DNA from: an uncultured Desulfovibrio sp.
GTDB taxonomy: Bacteria > Desulfobacterota > Desulfovibrionia > Desulfovibrionales > Desulfovibrionaceae
Direction: 5' to 3'
NCBI GenBank assembly: GCA_964635595.1
Contig: CAZWOT010000001.1
Span: 1 to 51,262, forward strand
Length of the DNA stretch: 51,262 nt
The notes below the pieces were generated by a model. The model did not search any database, was not told the DNA's origin, and saw nothing but the letters and a program-made list of their open reading frames with translations. Made by a program: the position numbers and the translations under genes. Below, one piece after another: positions 30,551 through 40,622 of this stretch. The stretch's first letter is position 1. The number at the start of each line of letters is the position of its first letter.

Positions 30551-31075
30551 ATGAAGGGCACAATGCCGCTGCCGCACTTCGAGGCGGCTTCGCCCGCGGG
30601 CCCCGTGCCGACACCGCCCCGGGGGCACACCTGGGAGGGGCTCATGGACATGGCCCTGACCCTTGCCCGCGAGGCCGAACAGGACGGCGAGGTGCCCGTG
30701 GGGGCCCTTGTCGCTGCACGCGACGGCACCATCCTGGGAGAAGGGCGAAACGCCCCCTGCAGGGAGAACGACCCCACGGCCCACGCGGAAATGCGCGCCC
30801 TGCAGGCGGCGGGGAAAGCCCTTGGCAACTACCGCCTCGAGGACTGCGTGCTTGTGGTGACCCTCGAGCCCTGCGCCATGTGCGCCCAGGCCATGGTGCA
30901 CGCCAGGGTGGCGGGCTGCGTCTACGGCGCCGTGGACAGGCAGGCGGGAGCAGCGCTCTCGGCCCTCGACCTTTTCGACCTGCCCTTCCAGAACCACCGC
31001 GTCTGGCACATGGGCGGCGTGCGCGGCGAGGAATGCGCGAACCTTCTGCTCGACTTTTTCAAGAAGCGCCGCTGA
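30551..31075 (+). CDS. tadA: tRNA adenosine(34) deaminase
   Basis: GEVPVGA, DPTAHAE, TLEPCAMC, FFKKRR. Confidence 0.92.
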   Translation: MKGTMPLPHFEAASPAGPVPTPPRGHTWEGLMDMALTLAREAEQDGEVPVGALVAARDGTILGEGRNAPCRENDPTAHAEMRALQAAGKALGNYRLEDCVLVVTLEPCAMCAQAMVHARVAGCVYGAVDRQAGAALSALDLFDLPFQNHRVWHMGGVRGEECANLLLDFFKKRR

Positions 31076-31188
31076 CGGACGGCGTCTTCGTGAACCCGCA
31101 AGGTGGAAGAGGGCCTTGCCCCCAGCCTTTCCCGACAAATGTCTGCCCCCGGGCCGCCTGCATCCTGGCAGTCCGGGGGCTGTCTTAT

Positions 31189-32559
31189 TCAGGACACGAG
31201 CACCATGGCCACGTCCATGACGTTGGTGCGGGTGGGGCCGGTCCTGCAGAGGGTGCCGGTCTGTTCGAGCAGATGGTAGCTGCCGTTGGCCTGAAGGGCT
31301 GCGTGGGCGTCGATGCCGGCCTTTTCCCACGCTCTCGCGTCGCCCGCAAAGGCAAAGCCGCCGGCCGCGTCCGTGGGCCCGTCGGTGCCGTCCGTGCCGA
31401 GGAAGAGGCAGGCGATGTTCTCGGCGTCCTGAAGGGCCAGGCTTGCCGCAAGAGCCATTTCCTGGTTGCGGCCGCCAAGGCCCGAACCTTTGATCGTGAC
31501 CGTGGTCTCGCCCCCGGCAAGCAGGCACAAGGGCTTTCCTCCGCTTCCCCGCTCACGCTGGGCGGCAAGGGCCGCCTCCACGAGCTTTTTCGCCTCGTCG
31601 CGGGCCTCGCCCTCCATGCGGTCCGTGACAAGCCCGACCTCGTAGCCCAGCTCCTCGGCTTTCAGCCGTGCAGCGCGCAGGGCCTGGCGGTTGGTGGCCA
31701 CAAGGGCGTTTTTGACCCGCCCGAAGGCCGGATCGCCTGCCTTGGGCGTCTCCGGGGCCCTGCCTGCAAGGCCAAGCTCGAGCACATGGGCCACGGCCTT
31801 CGGCAGGCGGGGCAGGAGCGCGTATTTCTCGACGATTGCCTGGCAGTCGGCAAAGGTGCTCGAGTCCGGCACGGTGGGACCTGAGGCAATGACGTCGAGA
31901 TCGTCGCCCACCACGTCCGAGACGATGAGCCCGAGGCCCTCGGCCGGGAAGACGGCCCTTGCGAGCGAGCCGCCGGAAAGGCGCGAGAGGTGCTTTCGCA
32001 GGGTGTTTATCTCGTGGATGGTGGCCCCGCAGGAGAGCAGAAGGGAGGTCAGCTCCTGGAGCGAGGCGAGATCCATGCCCTCGCGCAGGGCCGGGGTGAG
32101 CGCCGAAGCCCCGCCCGTGAAGACGAGCAGGGCGAGATCGTCCCTTTGCAGAAGGGAGGCTTCGTCCACGAGCCTGTTCGCGGCAACAAGGCCGGCCTCG
32201 TCCGGGACCGGGTGGGCGGCCTCGAGCACGCGGACCTTCTTCAGCTCCCCTTCGGGCAGGCCGTGGTCGTACTTCACGATCACAAGGCCGTCGTCGACGC
32301 GGTTCTTCAGGAGATTCTCGAGGGCCAGGGCCATGGGGGCAGCACCCTTGCCGGCGCCATAGACGCAGACCTTGCGCCTGTTCGCGAGGTCCGTCGTCCA
32401 CACGGGCTCCTTTCCCTCGTCGTCCAGAAGGCAAAGCCTGGTGCCGTCCAGGGCAAGATGGCGCAGCACGGCCCCGTCCGGGGCCACGGCCGAAAGGGCC
32501 GCATCCATGAGCGCTTCAAGGTGGGTCTTCAGGCGCCCTTTTTCGGGGGAGTCGTTCAT
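31189..32559 (-). CDS. Class II (MOFRL) glycerate kinase
   Basis: GAGKGA, AAHPVPD, TGGASAL, SDVVGD...IASGPT, GGETTV, GGRNQE, GTDGTDGPT, TGPT.TNV.D. Confidence 0.92.
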   Translation of the reverse strand: MNDSPEKGRLKTHLEALMDAALSAVAPDGAVLRHLALDGTRLCLLDDEGKEPVWTTDLANRRKVCVYGAGKGAAPMALALENLLKNRVDDGLVIVKYDHGLPEGELKKVRVLEAAHPVPDEAGLVAANRLVDEASLLQRDDLALLVFTGGASALTPALREGMDLASLQELTSLLLSCGATIHEINTLRKHLSRLSGGSLARAVFPAEGLGLIVSDVVGDDLDVIASGPTVPDSSTFADCQAIVEKYALLPRLPKAVAHVLELGLAGRAPETPKAGDPAFGRVKNALVATNRQALRAARLKAEELGYEVGLVTDRMEGEARDEAKKLVEAALAAQRERGSGGKPLCLLAGGETTVTIKGSGLGGRNQEMALAASLALQDAENIACLFLGTDGTDGPTDAAGGFAFAGDARAWEKAGIDAHAALQANGSYHLLEQTGTLCRTGPTRTNVMDVAMVLVS

Positions 32560-32606
32560 GGGGGCACTCCTTCATGTGATGTCCGGCCATCATGGCCGTC
32601 TGGTGC

Positions 32607-32630
32607 AAAAAAGGGGCCCTCACGGCCCCC
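32607..32630 (-). terminator. Possible intrinsic terminator after hisB
   Basis: GGGGCC/GGCCCC stem followed by a T6 run on the minus strand. Confidence 0.5.
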
Positions 32631-32687
32631 TTGAAAAATGTCGCCTGGCGCGGGAAATCGGCCCGCGAGGGAGAAAGGGGAAAACGT

Positions 32688-33293
32688 CTAGTCGAGGCTT
32701 CCCTTGGTGGAGCGGATGATATGCCCTTCCCGCTTCACGGCCTGGGCCAGGGCAAGGCCTAGGCCCTTGGCGGCGCTCTCGAGCAGATGGTGCCCGTTTT
32801 TCCCGTAGAGGAAGGAGACGTGCAGGTTCATGCGCACGGCGGACGCGAAGGCCTTGTACCACTCGCGCCACACGTCCTTTTCCTCGCCGGCCATGACCGG
32901 GGGAAGGAGACGGTCGCGGCGCCAGACAAGATAGGGACGCCCGGAGATGTCGACAGTCACCTCTGCCAGGGCCTCGTCCATGGGCACGCGGCCAAAGCCC
33001 ACGCGGGCGATGCCGGCGCGATCTCCCAGGGCCTCCAGAAAGGCCTGGCCAAGAACGATGGCCGTGTCCTCCACGGTGTGGTGGGCGTCGATGTGCAGAT
33101 CGCCCTTGCAGCGAAGCTCGAGGTCCATGCCGGCCCAGAAGAAGGTGAGGGTCAGCATGTGGTCGAGCATGCCGAAGCCCGTCTCGACGTGTACCTTTCC
33201 GGAGCCGTCGAGGCAGAGGGAGACCTCGATGTCGGTTTCCTTGCTCTTGCGCGCGGCCTTCGCCTCGCGCGGGAACGAAATCTCGCTGCTCAT
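32688..33293 (-). CDS. hisB: Imidazoleglycerol-phosphate dehydratase
   Basis: [35 protein letters not shown]. Confidence 0.96.
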   Translation of the reverse strand: MSSEISFPREAKAARKSKETDIEVSLCLDGSGKVHVETGFGMLDHMLTLTFFWAGMDLELRCKGDLHIDAHHTVEDTAIVLGQAFLEALGDRAGIARVGFGRVPMDEALAEVTVDISGRPYLVWRRDRLLPPVMAGEEKDVWREWYKAFASAVRMNLHVSFLYGKNGHHLLESAAKGLGLALAQAVKREGHIIRSTKGSLD

Positions 33294-33306
33294 GCCTCTT
33301 CCCCCT

Positions 33307-35043
33307 TTAGGCATTTTCGCCCTTTTGGGGCGCGGTGCCAGCTGCCTTGGGATCGGCCCCGGATTCGGCCTTGTCCTGGACGCCGTCCTGCGGGCTCCCG
33401 CCCCTGGCATTGCCCTCGGCCGCCGGCTCCTCCGGGAAGGGCTGCGGTGCCGTGCCGTCGGATTCCTGCGGCGTTTCCTTGTAGGTGTAGCGCGAGGTCC
33501 TGCGCGGCCAGGACTGGGTCGTGTCGGGAACCTGGCCGGGATCGTTCAGGTAGACGTCGTCTTCGGGCACCGCGTCTTCGCCGGCAGGGGCCTTCGCACT
33601 GCCGTCCCTGGGACTGCCGTCGTGCTGGCCGCCGTCGCCGGCGGCGCTGGCCTCGGGCGCTGCCCCCTGGCCGTCTTTCGCCTGACCGGCGTTCTCCTGG
33701 CTGTCCGCGTTCTTCATGTCGGCTGCGGGTTCCCGTCTGTCCTCGGGGCCCCTGGGCATGGCGCCCTCGTAGGCAGAACTTCCGATGGGCGCGCGCCACT
33801 GGCCGTCCACGTATTCGGCGCCGGCACCGGGAATGGTGGTGTACTCGGGCACGTCCGGCAGATCGGACTTGTTCCGGTCGTCTTCGTCCTCTTCCTCGTC
33901 TTCGTCTTCCTCGTCTTCGTCCCAGTCTTCGTCGTCCTCCTCGTCGTCTTCGTCTTCGTCCTCATCCTCTTCCTTCGCCGGCTCCTCATTGGGCTTCTTG
34001 CCGAAGATGGCGGCCACGAGGATGCTCACCTCGTAGAGGATCAGCATGGGTGCGGCCATGAGGAGCTGGGAGACCACGTCCGGCGGGGTCAGGATGGCGG
34101 CCACGATGAAAATGACCAGGATGGCGTAGCGGCGCACGCCGCGCATGCCCTTTGCCGAGATGACGCCCATGCGGGAGAGGAAGAAGGCGAAGATGGGCAT
34201 CTCGAAGATGAGCCCGAAGGCCAGCAGCATCTTGAGCACGAACTCGAGATACTCGCTGATCTTCGGCATGGCCTGTATGTCTTCCGTCACGAACCCCATG
34301 AAGAAGTTGAAGGCGTAGGTGAAGACGACATGGTAGCAGAACAGGCCGCCGGCGATGAAAAACACGGCCGAGACGAGCGCGACCGGAAGAATGAAGTGCT
34401 TTTCCTCTTCGTAGAGGCCGGGCGAGATGAAGGCCCAGATCTGGTAGAAGACAAAGGGCGAGGCCACGAAAAGCCCCAGGAAGAAGGCGATGTACATGCG
34501 CGTGAAGAAGGCTTCGGGCAGCGTCGTGTACATGGCCGTGCCCCCTTTCGGGAGGGCGTCCAGCATGGGGCGGGTCAGAACGTCGAAGACGGGCTCGACA
34601 AAGGCCCAGCAGAGCAGAAAGCCCACGAAGACAAAGCCGAGCGAGTAGAGGATGCGCTGGCGAAGCTCGCGCAGATGGTCCATGAGGGACATGCGGCCGC
34701 CTTCGCCGTCGCCGGCTTCTTCCTCTTCCTCGTCGTCCTCTTCGTCGTCCCCGGGCTCGGCGGGCAGGGTGCCGTCGGATGCCGCCGGAGGCAGGGAGCC
34801 GCCGGAGCCGTCCGCAAGCGTGGCTGGCGCATTGGACGCATCCCCCTCTTCCACGAGCTGGACGAGCTCGATGATGGGCTCCTCCGTTTTCAGGACTTCC
34901 TTGTCGCCTTCGGCCGATTTTTCGGCCGACTGTTCTGCCGCGTTCTCGGGAGCGCTCGGGGGCACATCGGGCCTGGCCCCGTTTGCGGAGTCCTTCCCGA
35001 GATTGATCCGGTCTCCGGGCCTGGTCTCTTCGGGCGTGCTCAT
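33307..35043 (-). CDS. tatC: Twin-arginine translocase TatC with long acidic N- and C-terminal extensions
   Basis: Core [44 protein letters not shown]. 578 aa in total. Confidence 0.95.
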   Translation of the reverse strand: MSTPEETRPGDRINLGKDSANGARPDVPPSAPENAAEQSAEKSAEGDKEVLKTEEPIIELVQLVEEGDASNAPATLADGSGGSLPPAASDGTLPAEPGDDEEDDEEEEEAGDGEGGRMSLMDHLRELRQRILYSLGFVFVGFLLCWAFVEPVFDVLTRPMLDALPKGGTAMYTTLPEAFFTRMYIAFFLGLFVASPFVFYQIWAFISPGLYEEEKHFILPVALVSAVFFIAGGLFCYHVVFTYAFNFFMGFVTEDIQAMPKISEYLEFVLKMLLAFGLIFEMPIFAFFLSRMGVISAKGMRGVRRYAILVIFIVAAILTPPDVVSQLLMAAPMLILYEVSILVAAIFGKKPNEEPAKEEDEDEDEDDEEDDEDWDEDEEDEDEEEDEDDRNKSDLPDVPEYTTIPGAGAEYVDGQWRAPIGSSAYEGAMPRGPEDRREPAADMKNADSQENAGQAKDGQGAAPEASAAGDGGQHDGSPRDGSAKAPAGEDAVPEDDVYLNDPGQVPDTTQSWPRRTSRYTYKETPQESDGTAPQPFPEEPAAEGNARGGSPQDGVQDKAESGADPKAAGTAPQKGENA

Positions 35044-35663
35044 GCGCGGCCTCCCTGGCTCCCGGTTTCGGCACCGGTCACGGGCTCGCTTGCGGCAGTC
35101 TGGATTTTTGCGGGTTCGGCCGCCTCGCGGGCGGTTTTCTCGAGCGCCGCCTCAAGCGGCGATCCCTTGGGCGGGCGCACCATGTCGTCCGCTCCCGTGT
35201 CGTGGACGGGAGCGGTCTGTCCGCTTTCGCCAACGGCCGCATGTGTCTGTGCCTGTCCCTGTTCTTCGTCCCGGCTCTGCCCGCGGGCAAAGGGATTGCC
35301 CGGGTTCTCGGAGGTGGCTGCGACGGTCGTGGCGGCGGGGGCGCCATCGGAGCCTTGCGCCGCTGCGGTCGCCGGGGAATCGGCAGCCTCTGCCGGGCGC
35401 TTCTTCTTTTTCTTCTTGCCCTCGCGCTTTTCGCGCGCCGCCTTGGCGGCCTCGACCTTCTTGCGGATGGCGTCGCGGTTTTCCTGACGCTCCTCCTCGG
35501 CCACCTCGGCGTTCAGGGTGCGCTGGAAATCGGTGGATATGCGCCGAAATTCGCCCACGTACCTGCCCACGGTCCGGGAGACCTTCGTCAGGTTCCTGGG
35601 ACCCAGAACGAGCAGGGCCACCAGAATGATGACGAGAAATTCAGTGCTGCCTATGCCGAACAT
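35040..35663 (-). CDS. tatB: Twin-arginine translocase TatB
   Basis: MFGIGSTEFLVIILVALLVLGP followed by an amphipathic helix. Directly upstream of tatC. Confidence 0.9.
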   Translation of the reverse strand: MFGIGSTEFLVIILVALLVLGPRNLTKVSRTVGRYVGEFRRISTDFQRTLNAEVAEEERQENRDAIRKKVEAAKAAREKREGKKKKKKRPAEAADSPATAAAQGSDGAPAATTVAATSENPGNPFARGQSRDEEQGQAQTHAAVGESGQTAPVHDTGADDMVRPPKGSPLEAALEKTAREAAEPAKIQTAASEPVTGAETGSQGGRA

Positions 35664-36215
35664 CCCTGTACGCTCCCAAAAACCTCTTGTTCCAGCCTGC
35701 ACCCCGGGACCGGCAAAAAAAGGCCGGCAAACCGGAGCATGCGGGAGTTTTTGCGCGAAGGCGCCCAAAAGCAAGGCGCATTTCGCAACGTGGAAGACTA
35801 AACTATCCTTGAAAGGGGCGCAAGCAAGCGAAAAAGACGGCTTTGCTCTCCCGCAGGGCCGACTTGAAGGAGACAGGAAAACCGGATCTGCATCGAAATC
35901 TGCGTCGTCCGCTCCCTGTCCCGAAGGGCAAGTTATGCCGTATATGGAGCCATTTGGGCAGGATTGCGGACGTTTGCGCAAATCGTGTCCTCCCCTTGTC
36001 AGGGGGCCTGATGTGGGGCATACTTTGTCCAAATTGGAACAAGCCCCTTTCGGGGCGTTTCCTTGTTGCAACATCATCCTGACGACAAACCCGGTGGAAA
36101 AGGTTCCGGGGCCCAGGGATTTTTTCGCCGGACCGCGAGAAGGGTCCGGCGGACAGGCCTGGGCCCCTTGAAGCCTTCGGGTCGGCGCGAGATCAATGCG
36201 CGAGGATTTGCTCAT

Positions 36216-36833
36216 ATGGATATCAAGACCTGGTTTCTGATTGGCCTCGAGAACGGCTGGCTCACCCTGGAGAGCATCCCCCAGGAGCTGCGAAGCCCGG
36301 ACATGTACGTGGACGCGTTGCGGCGGGGCAAGCTCGCACTCGGGGACATCCCCTTCATCTACCGCACGCCCGAGCTCTGCCGCGAGGCAGTGGAGCTTCG
36401 CGGCTGGGATCTCGCGGACGTGCCCCTGCGCCTGCGCGATCGCGAAATGTGCCTTGCGGCCGTGCACTCGGACGGCATGGCCCTTGCCTGGGTGCCGGAG
36501 CCCATGTGCGATCGGGAGATCTGCATGGCCGCGGTCATGGACAACGGCCTCGCCCTGCGCGAGGTGCCGGTGCGGGTGAAGGACGAGGAGCTCTGCCGCA
36601 AGGCCGTGGAGAGCAACGGCGAGGCCCTGCAGTGGATACTCGAGGAAATGCGCTCGCCGGCCATATGCAGGGCCGCGGTGAAGAACAACCCCATGGCCCT
36701 TGCCTACGTGCCCGAGAACCTGAAGAGCAAGGAGCTCTGCCGCCAGGCCGTGGAGAGGGAGCCGGAGGCCCTTCGTTTCGTGCCCTGGGACATGCGCGGG
36801 GAGATCGGCAGGCTCGTCGGGAGCAAGGGCTAG
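36216..36833 (+). CDS. DUF4116-like helical repeat protein
   Basis: About seven ~24-aa repeats of the form D.E(M/I/L)C..AV..NG.AL..VP. Confidence 0.8.
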   Translation: MDIKTWFLIGLENGWLTLESIPQELRSPDMYVDALRRGKLALGDIPFIYRTPELCREAVELRGWDLADVPLRLRDREMCLAAVHSDGMALAWVPEPMCDREICMAAVMDNGLALREVPVRVKDEELCRKAVESNGEALQWILEEMRSPAICRAAVKNNPMALAYVPENLKSKELCRQAVEREPEALRFVPWDMRGEIGRLVGSKG

Positions 36834-37144
36834 GAATCAGGAAAAAAACGACTTTTCGCGGCCCGGCCTTGCGAGGCCGCGTCCGGCCTTTGCGCGCCTG
36901 TTGAAGCCGGGCAAGGCCCTGGCGCCATGGCAGGGGCAGGGTGTCGTCCTGTCCCGTGCCAATTTTTGCTTTTGCGATTTTTGGGCAAGAAATCGGGTTG
37001 TTGGAGCTTGTTGGCAGGGGACTGCGGGCGTATGGTGTCGGGACAACACCAAAAACGACACCACCATACGATTCCAGACGACACAGGCCAGGCCCCGCGA
37101 CAGCCCCCCTTGTCCAGGACCGGCACCAGGGGAGGAAAACGTCC

Positions 37145-37918
37145 ATGGACAACAAGACGGACAGGGTTGCAGCGGCGCATGCGGAAAAGGAGCGCTGGTT
37201 CGGGACCGAGAGTCACGAATTTGGCTGGACGGACCCGGATTTCGCCGAGATGCACGACAGGCTTCTGTACGGCGAGATATGCCCGAAGGGCACGCTCAGC
37301 GACAGGCTGAAGGTGCTCGTGTCCGTGGTCGCGTTCACGACAATCGCCGAGCTCGACGATCTTCCGCGCCTTGTGAGGGCCGGTCTGCACCTCGGGGTGA
37401 AGGCCGTGGAGATCCGCGAGGCCATCTACCAGTGCGCGCCCTACGCGGGCTTCGACAGGGCGAGATTGGCCCTCAAGGTCGCCAACTGGGTCTTCGAGGA
37501 CGCGAAGATTGTCCTGCCGCTCCCCAATGCCTCCACGGTGACGGAGGAGAGCCGTTTTGCCGACGGCCTCAAGGTCCAGAAGGAGATCTTCGGGGACGGG
37601 ATCGAGCGCATGCACGAGAGCGCGGCCGAGGGCCAGCGCGACATCATCGTCAACCATCTTTCCGCCTTCTGCTTCGGCGACATCTACACGAGAGGGGTGC
37701 TGGACCTGAAGGACCGCGAGCTTCTGACCTTCTGCATTTTGACCTGCCTTGGCGGATGCGAGCCGCAGGTGAAGGCCCATGTTCAGGGCAACGCCAACGT
37801 CGGCAATCCGAAGCAGCTCCTCGTGGACGCCCTTGCCCAGATGCTGCCGCGCATCGGCTTCCCCAGGACCCTCAACGCCCTTGTCTGCGTGAACCAGGTC
37901 CTGAAAGACCAGTCCTGA
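37145..37918 (+). CDS. Carboxymuconolactone-decarboxylase-family protein (two CMD domains)
   Basis: TDPDF, EIREAIYQCAPYAGF, FGDIYTRGVLDLKDRELLT, QVKAHVQGN, IGFPRTLNA. Confidence 0.88.
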   Translation: MDNKTDRVAAAHAEKERWFGTESHEFGWTDPDFAEMHDRLLYGEICPKGTLSDRLKVLVSVVAFTTIAELDDLPRLVRAGLHLGVKAVEIREAIYQCAPYAGFDRARLALKVANWVFEDAKIVLPLPNASTVTEESRFADGLKVQKEIFGDGIERMHESAAEGQRDIIVNHLSAFCFGDIYTRGVLDLKDRELLTFCILTCLGGCEPQVKAHVQGNANVGNPKQLLVDALAQMLPRIGFPRTLNALVCVNQVLKDQS

Positions 37919-37980
37919 AGGATCAGTCCTCAAGAGACCAGTCCTCAAGAGACCAGTCCTGAAGAGACCGGTCCTGAAAG
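37892..37980. repeat. ~15-bp tandem repeat (GACCAGTCCT(G/C)AAGA, 5-6 copies) spanning the CMD gene stop
   Basis: Units at 37907, 37921, 37936, 37951, 37966 plus a degenerate unit at 37892. Confidence 0.9.
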
Positions 37981-38178
37981 CCCGGGCCCGGGGGACCTGT
38001 CCTTCCCTTCGGCCTTCGCCCGAATCCTTTTCCCGAACCCTGGTGCGCGAAAGACGCGCGTTTTGACAGGGACCCTCCCTTGCGGCTGTGCCCGCTTCCG
38101 GTCGACCACGGCAAAAGCCCCAATGGCGGCCGTTTTCACCCACATGCCCCACTGCAAGAAAGCCACAGGATACCGCAC

Positions 38179-39006
38179 ATGAAAACAGTCAAGTTTCTGG
38201 CCCTTCTGCTTGCCCTCATCCTGGCCCTGCCCCTTGGCGCCGTCCAGGCTGCCGAGGGCGACCGCTATCACACGGCCATGAAGGAGCGCCAGCGTCTCTT
38301 CGGCAACAACTGCCCCATGGCGCCCACGGACCCCGAGTTCACCGAGATCCGCGACAAGCTTCTGCTTGGCCAGATCTGGAAAAACAGCCCCATCCCCGAG
38401 GAAAAGCGCGTCCTGATCGTGCTTGCCTCCCTGGCCGCCCTCGACAGCGGCATGGGCGTCGGCGCCTACACGGGCGTCGGCCTGCGCCTCAAGGTCGATC
38501 CCGTGAAGATGAAGGAAGCCATCTACCACGTGACGCCCTACATCGGCTATCCCAAGGCCGGCGACGCCATCATGATGATGAACAAGACCTTCGAGCAGAT
38601 GGGCGTGAAGCTTCCGCTCGAGAAGCAGGGCACCGTGACCGAGGAAGACCGCTTCCAGAAGGGCTTCGAGATCCAGACCCGCATGTTTGGCGACAGTATC
38701 GCCAAGATGCACGAGGACGCACCCAAGGGCCAGGAGAACCTTGTCGTCGACTACCTCTCCTCCTGGTGCTTCGGCGACACCTACACCCGCGGGGCCATCG
38801 ACCTGCAGACCCGCGAGCTTCTGACGCTCGTGGCCATCATTTCCCTTGGCGGCTGCGACAGCCAGGTGCGCAGCCATGTGCAGGGCAACCTCGCCATGGG
38901 CAACGACAAGGACACCCTCGTGGCCACGCTGGAAATCCTTCTGCCCTTCATAGGGTATCCGCGCACCCTGACCGCGCTCGGCATCGTCAACGAGGTGGCG
39001 AAGTAG
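38179..39006 (+). CDS. CMD-family paralogue with an N-terminal signal peptide
   Basis: MKTVKFLALLLALILALPLGAVQA signal, then TDPEF, PYIGYP, FGDTYTRG, HVQGN, IGYPRTL. Confidence 0.88.
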   Translation: MKTVKFLALLLALILALPLGAVQAAEGDRYHTAMKERQRLFGNNCPMAPTDPEFTEIRDKLLLGQIWKNSPIPEEKRVLIVLASLAALDSGMGVGAYTGVGLRLKVDPVKMKEAIYHVTPYIGYPKAGDAIMMMNKTFEQMGVKLPLEKQGTVTEEDRFQKGFEIQTRMFGDSIAKMHEDAPKGQENLVVDYLSSWCFGDTYTRGAIDLQTRELLTLVAIISLGGCDSQVRSHVQGNLAMGNDKDTLVATLEILLPFIGYPRTLTALGIVNEVAK

Positions 39007-39260
39007 GCAGGACTCCCGGACATCCGCCCCTTTTTGGGGAATCAAGGACTTTTCGAGAAGGGCCTTTCCCGCGGGAGAGGCCCTTCTTGATCGGGAGCGC
39101 GCTCGCGTGCTATCTGCCCGAAAAACGCCAATGTCCCGGTTTGCCCTTCGGGAAGAGTCCCGTCGCAGGGCCGCCGGCCTTCGTGCGAAGCCAGGCAGGC
39201 GAAACCGTGCGGGCGAAGCCCACGCGGACAAAGGCCAACAAGACTTCAAGGAGAAGCCCT

Positions 39261-39563
39261 TTGAGCGAAAGCATCGACGAACTCACGGTCAACTTCGAGG
39301 ATGACAACGGTCAGACAATCGTCCGGGAACTCGACAAGGTGGTGCTCTCCCGCGGCCTGTGGACAACCATCATGTTCCGCTTCCAGGAGTGGCGCCCCGA
39401 AAAGGACGACTTCGGGCCCGACAAGTACAGCGTTCGCCGCTACAAGAAGATCAACGGCGTCTATCGCGCCCAGTCCAAGTTCACCATCTCGAGCCCCGAT
39501 CAGGCGAGAAAGATAGTCGAGATCCTGAACGGCTGGCTGGCCGAGGCCGGCGAGCAGGCCTAG
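39261..39563 (+). CDS. Hypothetical protein (100 aa)
   Basis: AAGGAG RBS, TTG start, host-like codon usage (VRELDKVVLSRGLWTTIMFR...RYKK...QSKFTISS). Confidence 0.75.
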   Translation: MSESIDELTVNFEDDNGQTIVRELDKVVLSRGLWTTIMFRFQEWRPEKDDFGPDKYSVRRYKKINGVYRAQSKFTISSPDQARKIVEILNGWLAEAGEQA

Positions 39564-39632
39564 CGCCGGGCCCCGGAGGCCGCAAGGGGCGTCCGAAACA
39601 GATGTCTTCCCGAACGAAGGCCCCGGACAGAC

Positions 39633-39670
39633 AAAAAGCCCGGAAACCTTGTGCGGTTTCGCGGGCTCTT
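39633..39670. terminator. Probable bidirectional terminator between convergent genes
   Basis: AAAAAGCCCGGAAACC-TTGTGC-GGTTTCGCGGGCTCTT hairpin. Confidence 0.6.
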
Positions 39671-39706
39671 GGTGGTTGCGCTTTTTGGGGATTTTTGGAA
39701 ATGGGC

Positions 39707-39786
39707 CCTGGAAGACGCCGTGCCTGGAAGACGCCGTGCCTGGAAGACGCCGTGCCTGGAAGACGCCATGCCTAGAAGACGCCGTG
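39707..39786. repeat. 16-bp tandem repeat x5 (CCTGGAAGACGCCGTG) overlapping the mntP stop
   Basis: Units at 39707, 39723, 39739, 39755 (1 mismatch) and 39771 (contains the TAG). Confidence 0.95.
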
Positions 39787-40344
39787 CTCGTGGAGAATGA
39801 GGAGCGCAATGGCGAAGAGCGCACAGGAGCCGGCGTAGCCGCTCCAGTGGCGCACGGTTTCGATGCGGCCGATGCAGGATCCCACGATCATGCCGCCAAG
39901 GCTGATGAGGGCGCAGACAAGGCCTATCACCAGCGAGGGGATGATGATGGGGCGCGAGAGCAGGGCAAAGGAGAAGCCCACGGCGAGCGCGTCGATGCTG
40001 GTGGCTACGGCCAGGAGGATGATGGTCCATCCCTTTGTGGGGTCGGGGTGCTTGCCTTCGTCTTCGGCATCGCCTCTCCAGGTCTCGTACATGAGCTTGG
40101 CACCGACGAAGACAAGCAAAATACACGCTACCCAGTGGTCCCATTCTTCGATGAAACTTCGCACGCTCGTGCCCAGAAGCCACCCTGTCAGGGGCATGAT
40201 GGCCTGAAAGAGGCCAAAGGCAAAGGGCATGCGGAAGAATTGCCGCAGGGTGGGGCGTTTCAAGGCCACCCCCGTGGACACCGATACGGCAAGGGCGTCC
40301 ATGGAAAGGGCTATGGAGATGGCCACCAGTTCCAGAAAGGGCAT
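39772..40344 (-). CDS. mntP: Manganese efflux pump
   Basis: ALSMDALAVS, FQAIMP..GW, DHWVA, ATSIDALAVG. Confidence 0.95.
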   Translation of the reverse strand: MPFLELVAISIALSMDALAVSVSTGVALKRPTLRQFFRMPFAFGLFQAIMPLTGWLLGTSVRSFIEEWDHWVACILLVFVGAKLMYETWRGDAEDEGKHPDPTKGWTIILLAVATSIDALAVGFSFALLSRPIIIPSLVIGLVCALISLGGMIVGSCIGRIETVRHWSGYAGSCALFAIALLILHEHGVF

Positions 40345-40394
40345 GGGTAACTCCGTGGGAACGCGAAAGGGCGGGCAAGACCCGCCAGACAAGG

Positions 40395-40465
40395 CATGAC
40401 GGGGAGTACGGTCTGTGTCAAGCGACATTTGATCTGACCCGGTGATTAGACGAGAGACTTGACCC
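40395..40465 (+). promoter_or_regulatory. yybP-ykoY (Mn2+) riboswitch-like motif, antisense to mntP
   Basis: Plus strand reads GGGGAGTA...GTCAAGCGAC...CCGG...GAGACTTGACC, the ordered hallmarks of the family, ~50-120 bp upstream of mntP. Confidence 0.45.
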
Positions 40466-40622
40466 ACCCCTCTCCCGCGTCCCGCGGGGAAGCAACAATA
40501 GCGTTACAGCCGGGTGCTGACAAGTCCTTTGCGGCCATTTTTCCGGGGAAAAGCGGGGCATGTCGACCAATTTCGGCAAAAGAAAGCCTGTTTCAATGCC
40601 TTGGGAAAGACACCCCGACATG

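Noticed and set aside
39707-39786. CRISPR array
   Set aside because: Repeats are contiguous with no spacers, only 16 bp long, and no cas genes are present. The same applies to 37892-37980.
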